Source of the DNA: Lama glama
Lineage: Eukaryota
Direction: 5' to 3'
Length of the DNA stretch: 64,000 nucleotides
NCBI GenBank assembly: GCA_028534125.1
Contig: CM052816.1
Location: 20,276,001 to 20,340,000, forward strand
Below are positions 24,915 to 37,923 of this stretch, in pieces (the first letter of the stretch is position 1; the number at the start of each line of letters is the position of its first letter). The position numbers and the translations under genes were made by a program. Below the pieces are notes generated by a model that was not told the DNA's origin, did no database searches, and saw only the letters and a program-made list of their open reading frames with translations.

Positions 24915-26711
24915 TGTTACTGGTCAGGGTTCTCTAGAGAAATAACCATCTGTCCATTCATTTATTGGTTTCTTTTTTTTTTAAATCCTTTTTTTAAAAA
25001 TTGAAGTATAGTCATTTATAATGTGTCAATTTTTGGTGTGTGGCATGTTTCAATCATACATATACATACATATATTCCTTTTCATAGTCTTTTTTGTTAT
25101 AGGTTACTACAAGATATTGAATATAGTTCCCTGTGCTATACAGAAGAAATTTGTTTTTTATCTATTTTATATATAGTAGTTAATATTTGCAAATCTCAAA
25201 CTCCCAGTTTATCCCTTCCCACCCCCTCTCCCCCCAGTAACCATAAGATTGTCTATGTCTGCAAGTCTGTTTCTGTTTTGTAGATGAGTTCATTTGTGTC
25301 TTCTTTTTCCTTTTTTTTAGATTCCACATATGAATGATATAATATAGTATTTTTCTTTCTCTTTCTGGCTTACTTCACTTAGAATGATGATCTCCAGGTC
25401 CATCCATGTTGCTGCAGATGGCATTCTTTTATTTTTTATGACTGAGTAGTATTCCATTGTATAAATATACCACAGCTTCTTTATCCAGTTACCTGTTGAA
25501 GGACATTTAGGTTGTTTCCATGTCTTAGCTATTGTATATAGTACTGCTATGGACATTGGGGTGCATATATATTTTCAAACTAAAGTTCCTTCTGGATATA
25601 TGCCCAGGAGTGGGATTGCTGGATCATATGGTAAGTCTATTTTTAGTTTTTTGAAGAATCTCCATACTGTTTTCCACAGTGGCTGCACTGAGCTGTGTTC
25701 CCACCAGCAGTGTAGGCTTTTCTCCACAGCCTCTCCAGCAGTTATCATTTATCATTTGTGGACTTTTGAATGATGGTCATTCTGATGGGTGTGAGGTGAT
25801 ACCTCTTGGTAGTTTTGATTTGCATTTCTCTGATAATTAGCAATATTGAGCATTTTTTCATGTGCTTAACGGCCATTTGTATGTCTTCCTTGGAGAATTG
25901 TTTGTTTAGGTCTTCTGCCCATTTTTGGATTGGGTAGTTTTTTTGTTGTTGTTGTTATTAAGTTGTGTGAGCTGTTTATATATTCTGGAAATTAAATCTT
26001 TGTCTGTCACATCATTTGCAAATATTTTCTCCCATTCTGTGGTCATTTTATTTTGCTTATGATTTCCTTTGCTGCACGAAAGCTTATAAGTTTAATTAGG
26101 TCCCAAATGTTGATTTTTGCTTTTATTTCTATTGCTTGGGTAGACTGCCCTAGGAGAAATTGCTAAGATTTATGTCAGAAAATGTTTTGCCTATGTTTTC
26201 TTCTAGGAGGTTTACAGTGTCTTGTCTTATGTTTCAGTCTTTAAGTTTCTTTATTATGTACTTTTAAAGAGAGTAAGCAGATTTTATTCTAGGGGGCTAT
26301 TATAATAGAGTTTTGGATTAGGTGAGAGAGATCCACTCAGCTCCCTAGGTATTTATATTAAGGTGTTGGCTGGTTCTCCAGACTGTGGAGGCTGTCAAGT
26401 CCAAGTCCACAGGATAGGCTGGCAGGCTGGAGACCCAGCAAAGGGTGGATAGTACAGTTCAAGTCCAAAGGCCGTCTGCTGGCAGAGTTGCCTCTTCTCA
26501 GGGACACTCAAATCTTTTCCTACTCAGGCCTTCATTTGATTGGATGAAGCCCACCTGTGTCATGGAGGGTACTCTGCTTTACTCAGAGGCCACTGATTTA
26601 AATGTTAATCTCATTTAGAAAATACCTTTACAGAAACATCTAGAATAGTGTTTGACCAAATATCTGGGTACTGTGGTTTAGTCAGGTTGACACATAAAAT
26701 GAACCATCACA
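24915..26711 (-). mobile_element. ERVL solo LTR (MLT2B/D-type) interrupted by a younger L1
   Basis: tgttactggtcagggttctctagagaaa (24915-24948); resumes at about 26350 with ggctggcaggctggagaccc..tttgaccaaatatctgggtac..ttgacacataaaatgaaccatcaca. Near-TSD CTTGA (24910-24914)/CTTGG (26712-26716). Confidence 0.88.
24970..26245 (-). mobile_element. 5'-truncated lineage-specific L1 (3' UTR plus ORF2 C-terminal part)
   Basis: ORF 25317-25556 ([43 protein letters not shown]) is the L1 ORF2 C-terminus. Poly-T tail at about 24970-24995; possible 8-bp TSD gtttcttt (24968-24975, 26245-26252). Confidence 0.95.
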
Positions 26712-28740
26712 CTTGGCTTCCCTGATATTTGATGTCAGGGGCTTCTTGTGACCATGGTGTGGGACTATGAGACACTCATAACTGAGCTTGTCAGGATTTT
26801 CTGGAACCAGCCTCTTGCCATGGCTCTTTCAAGTTGCGCTTCATCCTGGAAGAAAAACCTTCCAGGGTCTGAGTCCCAGTTTTAACCTGAGTTTATGGCA
26901 GAGATGACCCTCCCTCATCTTGATTTCTTCCTGTATGAAAGCCTCGTGGAGACTGGGATCCTGGCTGACTCATCCTCGCACCTTTGGTACCCAGCACCAG
27001 ACCTTGCACAGAGGAAGAGCTTGGACAATATGCTGAGCTGACTCCTGGGGCATGGCTCTGTGGGCAGTTCTCCTAGTGATCCTGGGGCATTCAGACACCC
27101 GTGCCTCTGGGCAGTGAGCCATGCTTGCTGCCCCCATCCGTGTCCTGCATGGTCACCCGTGACAGACCACCTGTGAGTCCTGGGCTCCCTTGCTTGGGCT
27201 GCCTGGCTCTGCCTCTGATTTGATTGGGTCCCTTAGGGACAGAGGTGCTTCCTGTCCCCTCAGCTAGCCTCAGCCCAGGGGACAGGCCCTTGAACATGGA
27301 TCTTAGGAAAGATTTACTATTGCTACTGCTCATTTGAGAACCAGTCAGGGATGCATTAATAGGAAAAAAATTGGCAAGAGGGGACCACAAAAGCAAATTA
27401 GCCGCAGAGCTTTCTGAGGGGAGAAGAACGAATAATCAGGGCAAAATGCAGTGGGATTGGGAAGCTTGCCCTTTTGTTTACTGACATACATCTCTGCTTC
27501 AAGCTATTTTGAAAATGACTATTTTATTGATAAAATGAAGGTGATGAAATGAATGTGTGGAGGTGATAAAAGAATGAATGGAAATTTACCTATGAACGCC
27601 TCTATAATTGAGGGCCTATCTGCAGGATGAATAGTGGAAGCAAATTATCCACGATGGGCCAACTCTCTGCTTTTCTAGGACTGTGCATTCTATTCTTTCA
27701 GCTCAATAGAGGACAGTGTCTGCTCCACCAAATTAGCCAAACACAGATAATGTTGTCAAAGAATGGCTCCATTAGATTTCACAGACGCCTGACACCAAGA
27801 CAAAAGCTTCTACCCTCATAGCATTTCAACGTCAATTTTTTTCCTACATGACTCAAAAAATAAATTTGTTTTGTGGGGCAGAGATGATGAGTTTGACAGG
27901 TTTTTAGAACAGAAGAGAAAAGTTAGCACTATTGGCTGGGGCGGGGGATTCCAGCAAATTTCATTAGGCTGTATGCCATACATGGGGATATAGGCAACTT
28001 GGTGACCTGGAAAGAATCTTCCTTATGAAGGTTGGTGGGATCCTGGGCTCCAGTCTCCATAGTGATACAAACTTGGCTTGCACACTCTGCCCCATGGAGA
28101 TGATAATGTTGAGATCCAGAGCAGGGACCCTGAGCTAAGAAATCTGGTAGGAAACTGATGGCTGGGGAGGGGCTACACCCACAGCTTCCACATGGTTGGA
28201 TGTTTCTTATAGAACTCAAAACAGTGCTCAGATAACAGTCCATGGAATTCTCAGGTCCTTTGGGGAACTGAGTAGAGAGTAGGTCATAGGACATCCTGGA
28301 AGTGGGACAGTTTTTTCAGACAAGGAGTGGTTGGGAAAGCACTGCTCCCACTGTGTGGGCTAATTTCAGCACCCATTTAAAGAAGCCCTGAGAGATCTAG
28401 TGCTCTCTATACTTTACTTTCTTTTTGTTGAAAATATCTTATAATAATAGGAAATCCTAAAAAATAACTCCACCGTCTTACCACCTTGATACAACAGTGG
28501 CAGTTTTGCCTTTGTTTTACCATATGCGCGTGTGAAGGCTGGTTTTTCTGTTTGCTCTTTTATTCCCCTCTTGCTGGAGTGTGGCACACATACCTTCCTT
28601 AGGGGCCTACATCGTGTTGGGGGACCTCAAGGGGCGAATGGAGTTCGAGACTGTCTCTGTAAATAGCATGCAAGGTTATGCCCAGGGCAGGCTCTTTGGC
28701 AGAATGGGGGTCTGGGTACCTGCTGGGTGTTTGATGAGAA

Positions 28741-29153
28741 TGATACAGGAAAATGGGGCACGAGAGGATGGCTGTGACCCAGGTCCCAGGCAAGTCCCAG
28801 GGATGCACCCCACCAAATGAGGGTCCTTGGCTTCACGCAGGAAAGAATTCAAGAGCGAGCCACAGTTGAGTAAAAGTAGATTTATTCAGACAGATACACA
28901 CTCCACAGAGTGCAGGCCATCTCAAAAGGCAAGAGAAATTCCCACAAGGTGCGGGATTGTTAGTTCTTATGAGTTTGGTTATTTCACATGCTAACAAGTG
29001 GGCGGATTATTCCAGCTACTGTGGGGAACAGGCGAGGATTCCCAGGAATTGGGCCCCTGCCCACTTTTTGACCTTTTATGGCTAGCCTCGGAACTGTGTG
29101 CTGCTGAATCCACCCTTGTCTGAAGCAGAATACTCCTGAATTTGTCAGCTACA
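28741..29153 (-). mobile_element. ERV1-class solo LTR inserted in an L2
   Basis: TG..CA ends; gggtccttggcttcacgcaggaaagaattcaagagcgagcc; tttatt (minus-strand polyA signal); cccaggaattgggcccctgcccactttttgacc; L2 pieces on both sides. Confidence 0.75.
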
Positions 29154-29184
29154 TGAGTCAATAAACATCATTTTTGGCCCAAGT

Positions 29185-30215
29185 GATCGGATACATGCTC
29201 CAAGGGGAAAGCATGGGGTGTTCAGACAATTCGAGACTGACCTGGCTCTGGGGCAGGAGGCTTCCCTGAGGAGGGACGTTAAGCTGAGAGCTGGCGGATG
29301 GCTGGATTTTGGTTTTCGACGAGGCAAAGGCAGTAGGGAATGGAAAATGTGTTTGGATGGCAGGGCTCTGAGCAAGGAAAGCAGGGTTCCTACCTCGCAG
29401 GGCTGGGTGAGTAGGTTGGAAGGGGCAATATTTGAGGGCCTAAAGGCCACAATGGGGGGTAGGGTCTCCTCTCTCCAACCCTGTCGTTTGCCTGGGAGTA
29501 GGACCTTGATTCCATCCCACCAGAGCACTCAGCTGTAAGCACCAGGGGAATAGTTGCTGTCCAGCTCCCACATACTTCCTTTAAATGCTCCTCACCCCTA
29601 CATCACCTGGCAGGGAGGAGGGCATTCCTCTAACTGCACTTGAACCTCTTAAGTCAAGGCCAGGGTGGCAATGGGGTGGGGGTGCTGCTGTAGTTATGCT
29701 AACTGCAAGACAGCCTCCCTGCTGTGTAGGAAGCAGAGGAAGAGGGGGCTGGGCTGTTGGGTTGAGAGATGGTGGTGCTTGGAGGAGGCTGTTAGCAGTG
29801 GAGGTGGTACCAAGTGTCCAATTCAGGACGTGATTTGGAGGAAAAGCCATGTGGACTCCTGGGTGGAGTTGGAGGAGGGTGTGGTGATGAGGAGAAAGAG
29901 AATAAGGGTGGTTGCAAGGCTGCAGCCTGGGTGGATGGCGGTGCCATTCGCTGAGGTGCAGAAGTCTTGGTGGCAGCTGATATGGAGGAAATAAGTACAG
30001 GCACATACGTTCTGCCTTGGACATTTTGAGACATCCTCAGATATCAGAGAAGCAGTTGGATATATGGGTCTGGGCTAGAGATGCAAGTGTGGGAGTTCTC
30101 AGCCCAGAGATGGTGAGTCATGTCGTGGCTCTGGCACCTGTTTGTGGGTTTGGGGGAGACCAGGCCTGGGTCCCCAGGAACTGGAGCATGTGGAGGTCTG
30201 CGAGAGGAGAAGCGG
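29185..30215 (-). mobile_element. L2 fragments
   Basis: ggcttccctgaggaggg..aagctgaga; gagagatggtggtgcttgg; ggatggcggtgccattcgctgag; gcagttggatatatgggtctgg. Confidence 0.8.
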
Positions 30216-31232
30216 CCAGCGAACAGATAAACCCGACAGATCACAGGTGACAACCCTCCTGTGATAAATCATTTCTGCGCTGTCCTGGCTGCAGATGTGT
30301 ACTCTGAGGACCCCCAGGCACCAGGGGCCTGTCACCAGGTGATGGATGAGGGCTGTTCAAGCCCACCCGCCTCCTGCTGGCACACACTTCGCGCCGCCAC
30401 CAGGCAGCCCCTCAGGAATAGGGAAAAGAGCTGAGCAGGCTCATTGTGACAGCCTTTTACAAGAGACTTTTAAAACTTTGTGTAATTTGTTGATTAAAAA
30501 GCCCATTGCTCCAAAGGCTCTGTTTGTGGTGGAAGAAGGAAAGTCATTTTAGAAGGAATTTCTGGGGAGGGGATGCATCCCAGCAAATGGGCCAGGTGGC
30601 ATTTGCTGCTCTGGGCTTAAATTGCAAAAGCCATTGAAGGCCCCTCAAGAAAGTGCTGCAAGGTAGTCGTTTTGAGGAAGGGAAATATTTTTTGTTGGGG
30701 GAGAAGGAGAAAATGCCAGCTGAGGGGCTTGAGGTGGGTGGTGGGAGGAGGTAGCAGAGGTCTCCCATTTACCCTGGCCTTGGGCAGGGCTGGGCTTCCC
30801 TGCTTCCTGCCCTGTCCGTACCTCCACCTCCTCACCCTTGCCTTCACTGCTCCCCTATTTGGAATGACCGCTTGTCAATACCATCCTTTCCAAAATTAAC
30901 CCATTTTGTGGATTCCTTTCCCTAAATTTTCGTGCCCACAGTATCCTCACTGACCTCCTGCATGACCCATGCATGTTCATGGCTGGGGGCCCTCATCCTG
31001 CTGTTTCATGCACGTCTCTGCTTCCCCCAACAGGCTGTGTCCATGCTGAGAGAGGGCACTCAAGGGGCTGGCATGGGATGAGCTCTGCAGAACCTCACAG
31101 GCTCCTCTCCTCCTTGCTAAGGGGCCAAGTGCTGTGGGGAAGCTGGTACTCGGCACCAATCCTGTCTCTGTCCTGGGTCTTGTTATGTCCCAGGGGAGGC
31201 TGCCCGGGGCAAATGCAGGCTGGGTGAATGAA

Positions 31233-31258
31233 GTGTGTGTGTGTGTATGTGTGTGTGT
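31233..31258. repeat. Imperfect (TG)n microsatellite
   Basis: gtgtgtgtgtgtgtatgtgtgtgtgt. Confidence 0.9.
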
Positions 31259-32974
31259 CCTCAGCTTTACTGTGGTTGTCAAGATCAGAGCAGCTGGGGA
31301 GGACTGCCCAGAAGCATCACTGGGATTAAGACGAGATCATTAAGACTGCATATAGCACACAACCAGGGTGGAAGAGGAGACTCTAGCCGTGGCACCAAGT
31401 GTCTCTGGGTCCCAGTGGGAGTCCAAGACCTGCCTCAGAGCCCTGTGACCAGGAGGGGGTTGCAGACAGGTGAGCTTCTGGGAAGGCAGATCTGCCGACC
31501 TGGCAGGAGCTGAGAGGTGCTGAGAGGCACTACCTGTGGGTGCCAGTCTCCAGCCCCTGGCATCTCCCTGAGTCTCACACCTGCAGGTGGTGTGTGTTGT
31601 TTCTCTTCTGTTTTCCCCATGTAAATGCTGGTTTGTGTGATAGTTTTGGAAGTTTTCTCTATAACCCAGTCTCATTGCTGAGCTAATGTAAAGCCATGCC
31701 CAGGAACCACATACAGGAGAAGGGTTCATGTGTGCACAATAATAAAATTGGTATTTTTAAAAACGTCCCTCCACAGACCCCTCCTATCAGAACTGCAGCT
31801 CTCCTCACCCCCCGCAGCCCAAGTGTGCTCCTCTGGGAGATGAGGTGGCAGGATTAGCTGAATTTCAAAGATGATAACATTATGAACCTCTAGAACCCAT
31901 TGTTTTGGGACCCTAAAGTGCATGAATTAAATATTCTTTACCTCTTTTCAGCCTGATGAGGAGAAACCTCTGAAGGACTTTGTCACCCCAGAAGGAGAAA
32001 ACAGTGTGGGGAACAGGCCTGTGGGGCAGTGGGGTGCAGCAAGATGAGATGTGACGCTGCTGGGTGGCCGCTGGTCTCTGTTCAGCTCAGGGGCTGTTGG
32101 GTCCCCTGCGATGGAAGTGCCTTTGGGTCCTGTCCTGGGGTGACAAGCAAGGGCAGAAGGATGGCACGTCCGGGCTTTCATGGTTTGCTGAGGGTCTCTG
32201 GGGATACTGGTTGACCTCAGGGCATATCTGGGAAGTGTAGCCCTGCCCGAGGGATGAGATGGGTTTGGGGGTCCGAGAGGAGTGAGGGCCGAGATGATGG
32301 AGTGAGTGACAAAAGATGGAAACAAGGTGCCTGGCCCTGGGGACAGACGGGGTTGAGGCTGACTCCTAGGAAGGGCTGAGAGGAGAACGAGACGTGAAGG
32401 GGACTAAGGAGTCCTGGGCTCAGTGCAGTCTGGTCTTCAGGAGAGCTGGGGGTGGTTTGTTCATTTCTCAGATGTCTCAAAGTGTTTTGGCTTTGTTTGT
32501 TAATCTGGTAGCACAGATTTGTTTCTCTGTCTCTAAGAAACTTGTGTGCTTACTGGAGACAGCTGTGTAAGGGACATACCGGAAAGTAATTGGGGGAGGA
32601 GGGAGGACTGGGAGCAGAGAAGGTCAGGGGACAGGGAGAGAACGGGGTGCCTGGGGCAGGGTTGTCAGGGCCTCAGAGGTGTGTCAGGGTCTTTGGTGCT
32701 TGGGAGCCCTGTGACTCCCAGAGAGGACCTCGGGGACCCCTCCCCCCACATACCTACCTTCCCACACCACACCATGTGTCCACATGGACACCAGGCTTGG
32801 GCGGTGCACTTCCCTTACTCATTGGTGGTTCCCAGGTGGGGGATTTAGGGCTCACAGGAAAGGAGGCAGAGTCCCAAGAGACATGGCTCCTATGAATATT
32901 TGCATCTCTCTTCAGAACTTCCTCTAGACACCATTTCACTCCATTTCAAAGGATCCTTTTAAAGGGTGCAAGTC

Positions 32975-33212
32975 CTGGGAGGTGCTCTGTTAAAGCTGCC
33001 GAAGGCCTGATGAATAATACTGAGAGATGCCGCTTCCTCTGCATCCTTCTTGGAGGTTCCCAGTCAACCGTAGTATTTCAAAGGCTCTGAGAAGTCCTTC
33101 TGCAAAACAAATCTGTTAAACTTTCTTTAATCCTTTAACTCATTTGACCACAGATCACTTTGCGACAGAAAGCCTATCATGCAAGTATCCTGTTCCTTAC
33201 ACACCCCTTGGG
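32975..33212. mobile_element. Ancient hAT-Charlie fragment (subfamily uncertain)
   Basis: aaggctctgagaagtcc..tgttaaactttctttaatcc..aactcatttgaccacag. Confidence 0.55.
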
Positions 33213-33429
33213 GCCCTCTGATCGCTGTATAGTCTCATGCTAACTACCACGTGGAATCACACACTCTGAATTTCCTCCCACAGTGAAAATTGGCCGGGGC
33301 ATTTGTCACCTGGCCTGCTGTGGCCTCCTCTGAGCTTGGAGCAGGCCACCCCAAGCCAGAGCGCAGACGCATCTGCTCACTCCAACCAATCAGCCCGCCC
33401 CTCTGCCTGCCTGAGTTTGCAGACCGATT

Positions 33430-33471
33430 ACTTCCTGGTTCACGATTCCTGGTTCACACTTCCTGGTTCAG
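33430..33471. repeat. 14-bp x3 tandem repeat containing ETS cores
   Basis: acttcctggttcac / gattcctggttcac / acttcctggttcag. Confidence 0.9.
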
Positions 33472-35089
33472 CCAGAGCATTTGGCCCAACGGCTGGTCTG
33501 TGTGCTCACCTTCCTGGCCAAATGACGCTCACCTGGGCCCAGGCTGCTTGGTGGAGGACTGGATGTGAGCAGAAACACTCTGTCTGCCAAGTGCCCTCTC
33601 CGCTGCAGCAGCGCAGGCCCCGGGCTCTTCTGACTGCCTTGTTTTGTATATAGTGATAAAATATTAAAGGAAATGCTTCCAGTTTTGAAAACTATTTTTG
33701 TTAAGGCACAGAGACAGCCTGAACATGTGACAGTAATCCCTGGAGCTTGGAGAGAGGAACAGAGGGACACAGAGAGGATGCAGGAACCACTCCAGAGGTT
33801 GGCACTCCCTTGAGAGGGGCTAAGGATGGCTCAGAGTGGCCACCTTCTCCCGCCTTGTCCCTGCTGGCTACACAAGGTGGGCACCGCTGACCTGGAGCCT
33901 GGGAGGACGTGGTTCTGGTGAGTGCTGGGATGGAGTCCTGAACTGGAAAGCTTGTTGTGTGTCCTTGGGAGAGTTCTTGTCCCTCTCAGGGCTTGGCTTT
34001 TTCCACTGATAAAACTGCATGGTGGACTAGGTGCTCAGGGCTTGTCAAGGTTTAGTTAATAGGATCTATTCAGAAGCTGGTTTGTCTGTTTATACATTTG
34101 TTGCCAATGATGCCTTGATTTTTAGTGAGACACACTGGACCCAGTGGCCGTCCTGGAAGAAAGGGCTGCATTAGAGGGCCCACCTGTGTGACTGTGGCTC
34201 AGATAGACCCGGGCTTTTATGCCCACCAAGATGGTACCGGAGTTGGGGCAGCCACAGCCAAGGGTCAGTGTGGCATTGGCTAGCCACATTCCTGACCTCC
34301 TAGGGTATCCCTGTGACTTGACTCCTGGCGAGTGTCCTCACAGTGTTATGTCTGTATCCCTGCATGCATCTGGAAGAGGGTCTGCTCTGGGCACAGACAT
34401 GGCAACAGTCCCCTGGCATTTCTGATACAAAGTGTCAGCCTCTCCAAGGCCTTGCCTGGCCCTCTGTCCTGGCTCTCCACTGCCCTGGCCCCTGGCTTGG
34501 ACAGATCTGACCTGACCCAAGTCAGAGTTGACCCTGGAACGGTCAGAGCATCTGCAGGGCCTGAATCTGTGTCTCTCTGGTGACATAGTCCTCATTCTTA
34601 AGGCCATGTGCATGCCCATCTCTCCCAGGGAAAGAGTGAGCAGCCCCCCTCGGATGATTGATTAGCATCCTGCATTTCCCTTTGCCAAGGTGTCTCAGAA
34701 GCACGTGAGCAGATGGCTTCTTAGGGAATTCCTCTGGGGGACTGGGCTTCTACAAGTCCAAAACATGTGGAAATCCAACATTCAAATGAGAGAAGAAATT
34801 GGGAAAGAAAATATGGTCTCCCCCCTGCTCCCCAAGTTAAAACCTGGATACAGAGCTGGATGGGGGTCAGAAACAGCTTCTACTTTCCTGAGATTCTTCT
34901 CCCAGTAGGAGAGAGAAAAACAGACCTGGAGCTGCTTCTAACCTGGCCTGGTGAAGAGGCCTTCAAAGGCTGCTGCCGGGACATGTGAGCCCAAGGAAGT
35001 GGGCCTCAGTTTAATTGAACAGGCTTTGCTTAAGCACTGCTGTGTGCAGGTACTGGGCCTGGCACTGTATGGAATCAGGTCTGAGAGCT

Positions 35090-35310
35090 TATGGCTTAAA
35101 AAGCCCTTGACATGGATCTGGATTCTGTTCTCAGCTCTGCCGTGTTCTAGTGGTGAGACCTTGAACCAGGGGCTTAGACTCTGAGCCTCAGGTTCTGTCT
35201 GTAAAATGGAGATCATAGTACTTATCTCATAGGATTGTTGAAAGAATCAAATAAGTTAGGACATACAAAGGGCTTAGCACGGGCCTGGTTTATAATACAC
35301 TCTCATTAAT
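35090..35310 (+). mobile_element. MIR, near full length
   Basis: ctctgagcctcagg..ctgtaaaatggagatcatagtacttatctcataggattgttgaaag..gcttagcac. Confidence 0.85.
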
Positions 35311-35377
35311 CACATACACTGTCATTAATCACACAGCCCCAGGCCCCTGTGGCTGGCAGAGGGGATGTGTCCTGCAT

Positions 35378-35482
35378 TAGAGATGACAAAGCAGAGGCTG
35401 AGAAAGGCTGTGTGATTTTTCCTAAAATCACTAGGGTTGTTATTGGTCAGGCAGGGCTGGGATTGGGGTCTCTCAGTTCTCC
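35378..35482 (-). mobile_element. MIR fragment
   Basis: agatgacaaagcagaggctgagaaagg..gtgatttttcctaaaatcac. Confidence 0.6.
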
Positions 35483-36769
35483 AAGCGGATGTCTCGGCCC
35501 TGCTCTGATACAGGGGTCTCTCGCCAGGTCTTGGCTTGGTCTGGGAGAAGCACCTGCCGGCCGGAGCTCTGTCGCTGCTGCTCTTTGGCAGAGGTTGGAC
35601 CACTGAGAACACAGCTCTTATTTTAAATGTTTTCTTACTCCTCAAGACCCAGTGTTTATAGAATTCTAAGGAATTAGAAAAGCTACCCAGATCCATCCCT
35701 CTAAACTGGCAAAGCCAGTCCCTCTGTGGAGGGAGAATTCGGAGCCCCCTTCCCCCGAACCCTGACCTCCCTGCCCTGCCCCTTGCCGGTGTTTCACAGG
35801 GCTGCTTGCTCTCTGGCATTTGGCTTTTCCTGTTCCTTTCCCTGAGGTTTGGTTCCATTAATGTTTATGAGCAAATAAAATTTGGTTTGCTGCTTTGGGC
35901 CATGGGATCACTGTTGACTTGGGCAGGGATGTCTAATTTAACATAATCCTGCTCTTTCGACTTTCTGTGACTTCCACTGCATTCCCCTCTGGGAAGATGA
36001 GAAAAGGAGTGGAGATGTGATTAAAGCAGAGGCCTCGCCTCCTCACCTAACCTTGGCGCCATCGGTTCCCTGCTAAGAGGAGGATGAGAGTCAGACGAAG
36101 TGTCGCAAACACAGATGTTGCTTTTATACTCATTCCTACAATGACACGGACATGTATGGTGAGCAACCTTTGCAGGATGTAATGAGCTCTGGGGTGTCAT
36201 GAGTGATGTGTCAGCTGGTTTCCCACAGAATGAGGTCTCAGGGCAGGGCTGGAGAATATATTTTTCATCATGTGCATGAGGATGTCCCATTCCTTCTCTG
36301 AGGCAAGAAATTAAAGAACATAACTCATGACTTCAAGGATAAAATCCAGTTGAACTAATGTGTGGTGCCATGTAGACCTCCATGCTTGTACTATATGTAT
36401 CATTTTTCTTTTTCTAAGTGCACAGAGTTCTGCATGGGGTTTTTCTCCAAGCTCATGGGCTTAGAGGAACAGTCCTGCTGGGCCCAGTTGGGCTCGAGGG
36501 GAGGGGAGGGTTGCACATAGGCTGCAGTGGGGTATGGGCTGCACTCGGGCTGCGTTACAGAGACGAACCTTGCATCTCAAGGAGAGGCAGTGTATTCCTT
36601 CTGGGGCTGTTGTCGGGGCTGTGAGCCAGGAAGGTAATTACATCATTACATGTCACTCTTGTCTCAGGGGGCCAAATTAGCTGACTCTTCAAAACTAGGG
36701 TTTACTTTTGACTTTTCAATTTGCAGGCTGATATACAGATGCATGCTTGTGCACTTCTAAATTTTTCTA

Positions 36770-37425
36770 GAATGGCTGAGGCATACCTGGCACAGTGGGT
36801 GAGCAAATGTGGTTGTGATAGTGAGGAGAAAAGTTCAGAGAACCACTGGGGGTCCTGAAGGCCAGTGTAGGGCTTTGGGCTTTATCCTCAGTGATGTAGA
36901 GGCCTCTGGGGGACTTTGAGTAGAGGAGAAATATGATGTGACTTCTGTTTGAAAAGTATCATTCTATGTGTTGTGTGAAAACCTGTCCGTGTGAAGATCT
37001 GGAAGCAGAGCGACCTATTGGGATGCTGCTGCAGCCCCTGGTGAGAGGTGGTGGCAGCCTGGGCTGGAGCGGTGTCGGGGAGGTGGTGACGAGTCATTCT
37101 GTTCTTGAGATGGACTATTTCTTAATGGACTGAATGTGAGTGTGAGAGACAGGAGGATTAAAGAGGATGCTGCAGTTTCAGCCTCAGCAATTGGGGTGGG
37201 AAAGGCTGTGGGAAAAGCAGCTGGGGCTGGATCAGGAGCTGCTTTAGGCATGACAAGCCCGAGATGAGATGTCCATTGACGTCTGAATGGAGGAGTGTGG
37301 GGCAGCCGGCTTTGCCCATAGTGTTCTGGAGAGAGGCTGGGCTGGAGATGTAAATCTGGGGGCCATTGGCCTGTAGATAGTGTTACAGCTGTGAGACGGA
37401 ATGAGATCGCCAAGGGGTTGATAGA
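36770..37425 (-). mobile_element. L2 internal fragment
   Basis: gggctttgggctttatcctcagtg..gactttgagtagagg..ggctgggctggagatgtaaatctggg..gaatgagatcgccaaggg. Confidence 0.85.
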
Positions 37426-37459
37426 GCATGGTGACAATCAGGGCTAAGGTTTTGTTTAG

Positions 37460-37668
37460 TTTTAAGTGCCAGGCATCGTGTTACGTACTTCCCAGCTTTG
37501 CCTCTCTGTCTCCACCACGAGCTGTTTGAAGTGCGAGTTCTTATTTCACCATTTGACAGAGGGTGAACCTGAGGGTCAGAGGTGTTAAGTAAATTACTGC
37601 TACTAAAGGTCAGAGCCAGAATTTGCATGTTGGTCTGTCTGAGTCCAAATTTTTAATCATTGCACTTA
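37460..37668 (-). mobile_element. MIR
   Basis: gtgccaggcatcgtg..ccatttgacagagggtgaacctgagggtcagag..ggtctgtctgagtccaaa. Confidence 0.8.
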
Positions 37669-37923
37669 TGAGCTCTGAAATATGGACGAAATTCCATGCC
37701 CAGTAGAGAATCTACTGAGGGGTTTGTGCAGAGAAAGGACTCAGAGCTGTGGGTCAGGAAGAGGCATCTGGAACCTAGGGACTCCTGAAGGAAGTACCAG
37801 GATGGGGAGAGGTAGAGACCAGAGGCAGGAACTTAGAGAAGGTTTGGACCACCCAGTGGAGGCTAGAAACAGGGCTTGGAACCCTTTCCCTGCAAAGAGG
37901 AGAACCAGGTTGTGGTGAACTGG

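Noticed and set aside
31952..32050. Good acceptor followed by PDEEKPLKDFVTPEGENS
   Set aside because: No convincing donor before the in-frame stop; peptide not recognised.
33430..33471. CRISPR-like direct repeats
   Set aside because: Contiguous 14-bp units with no unique spacers.
35325..35858. 177-aa ATG-initiated ORF
   Set aside because: Runs into a MIR; random-looking composition; no recognisable family.
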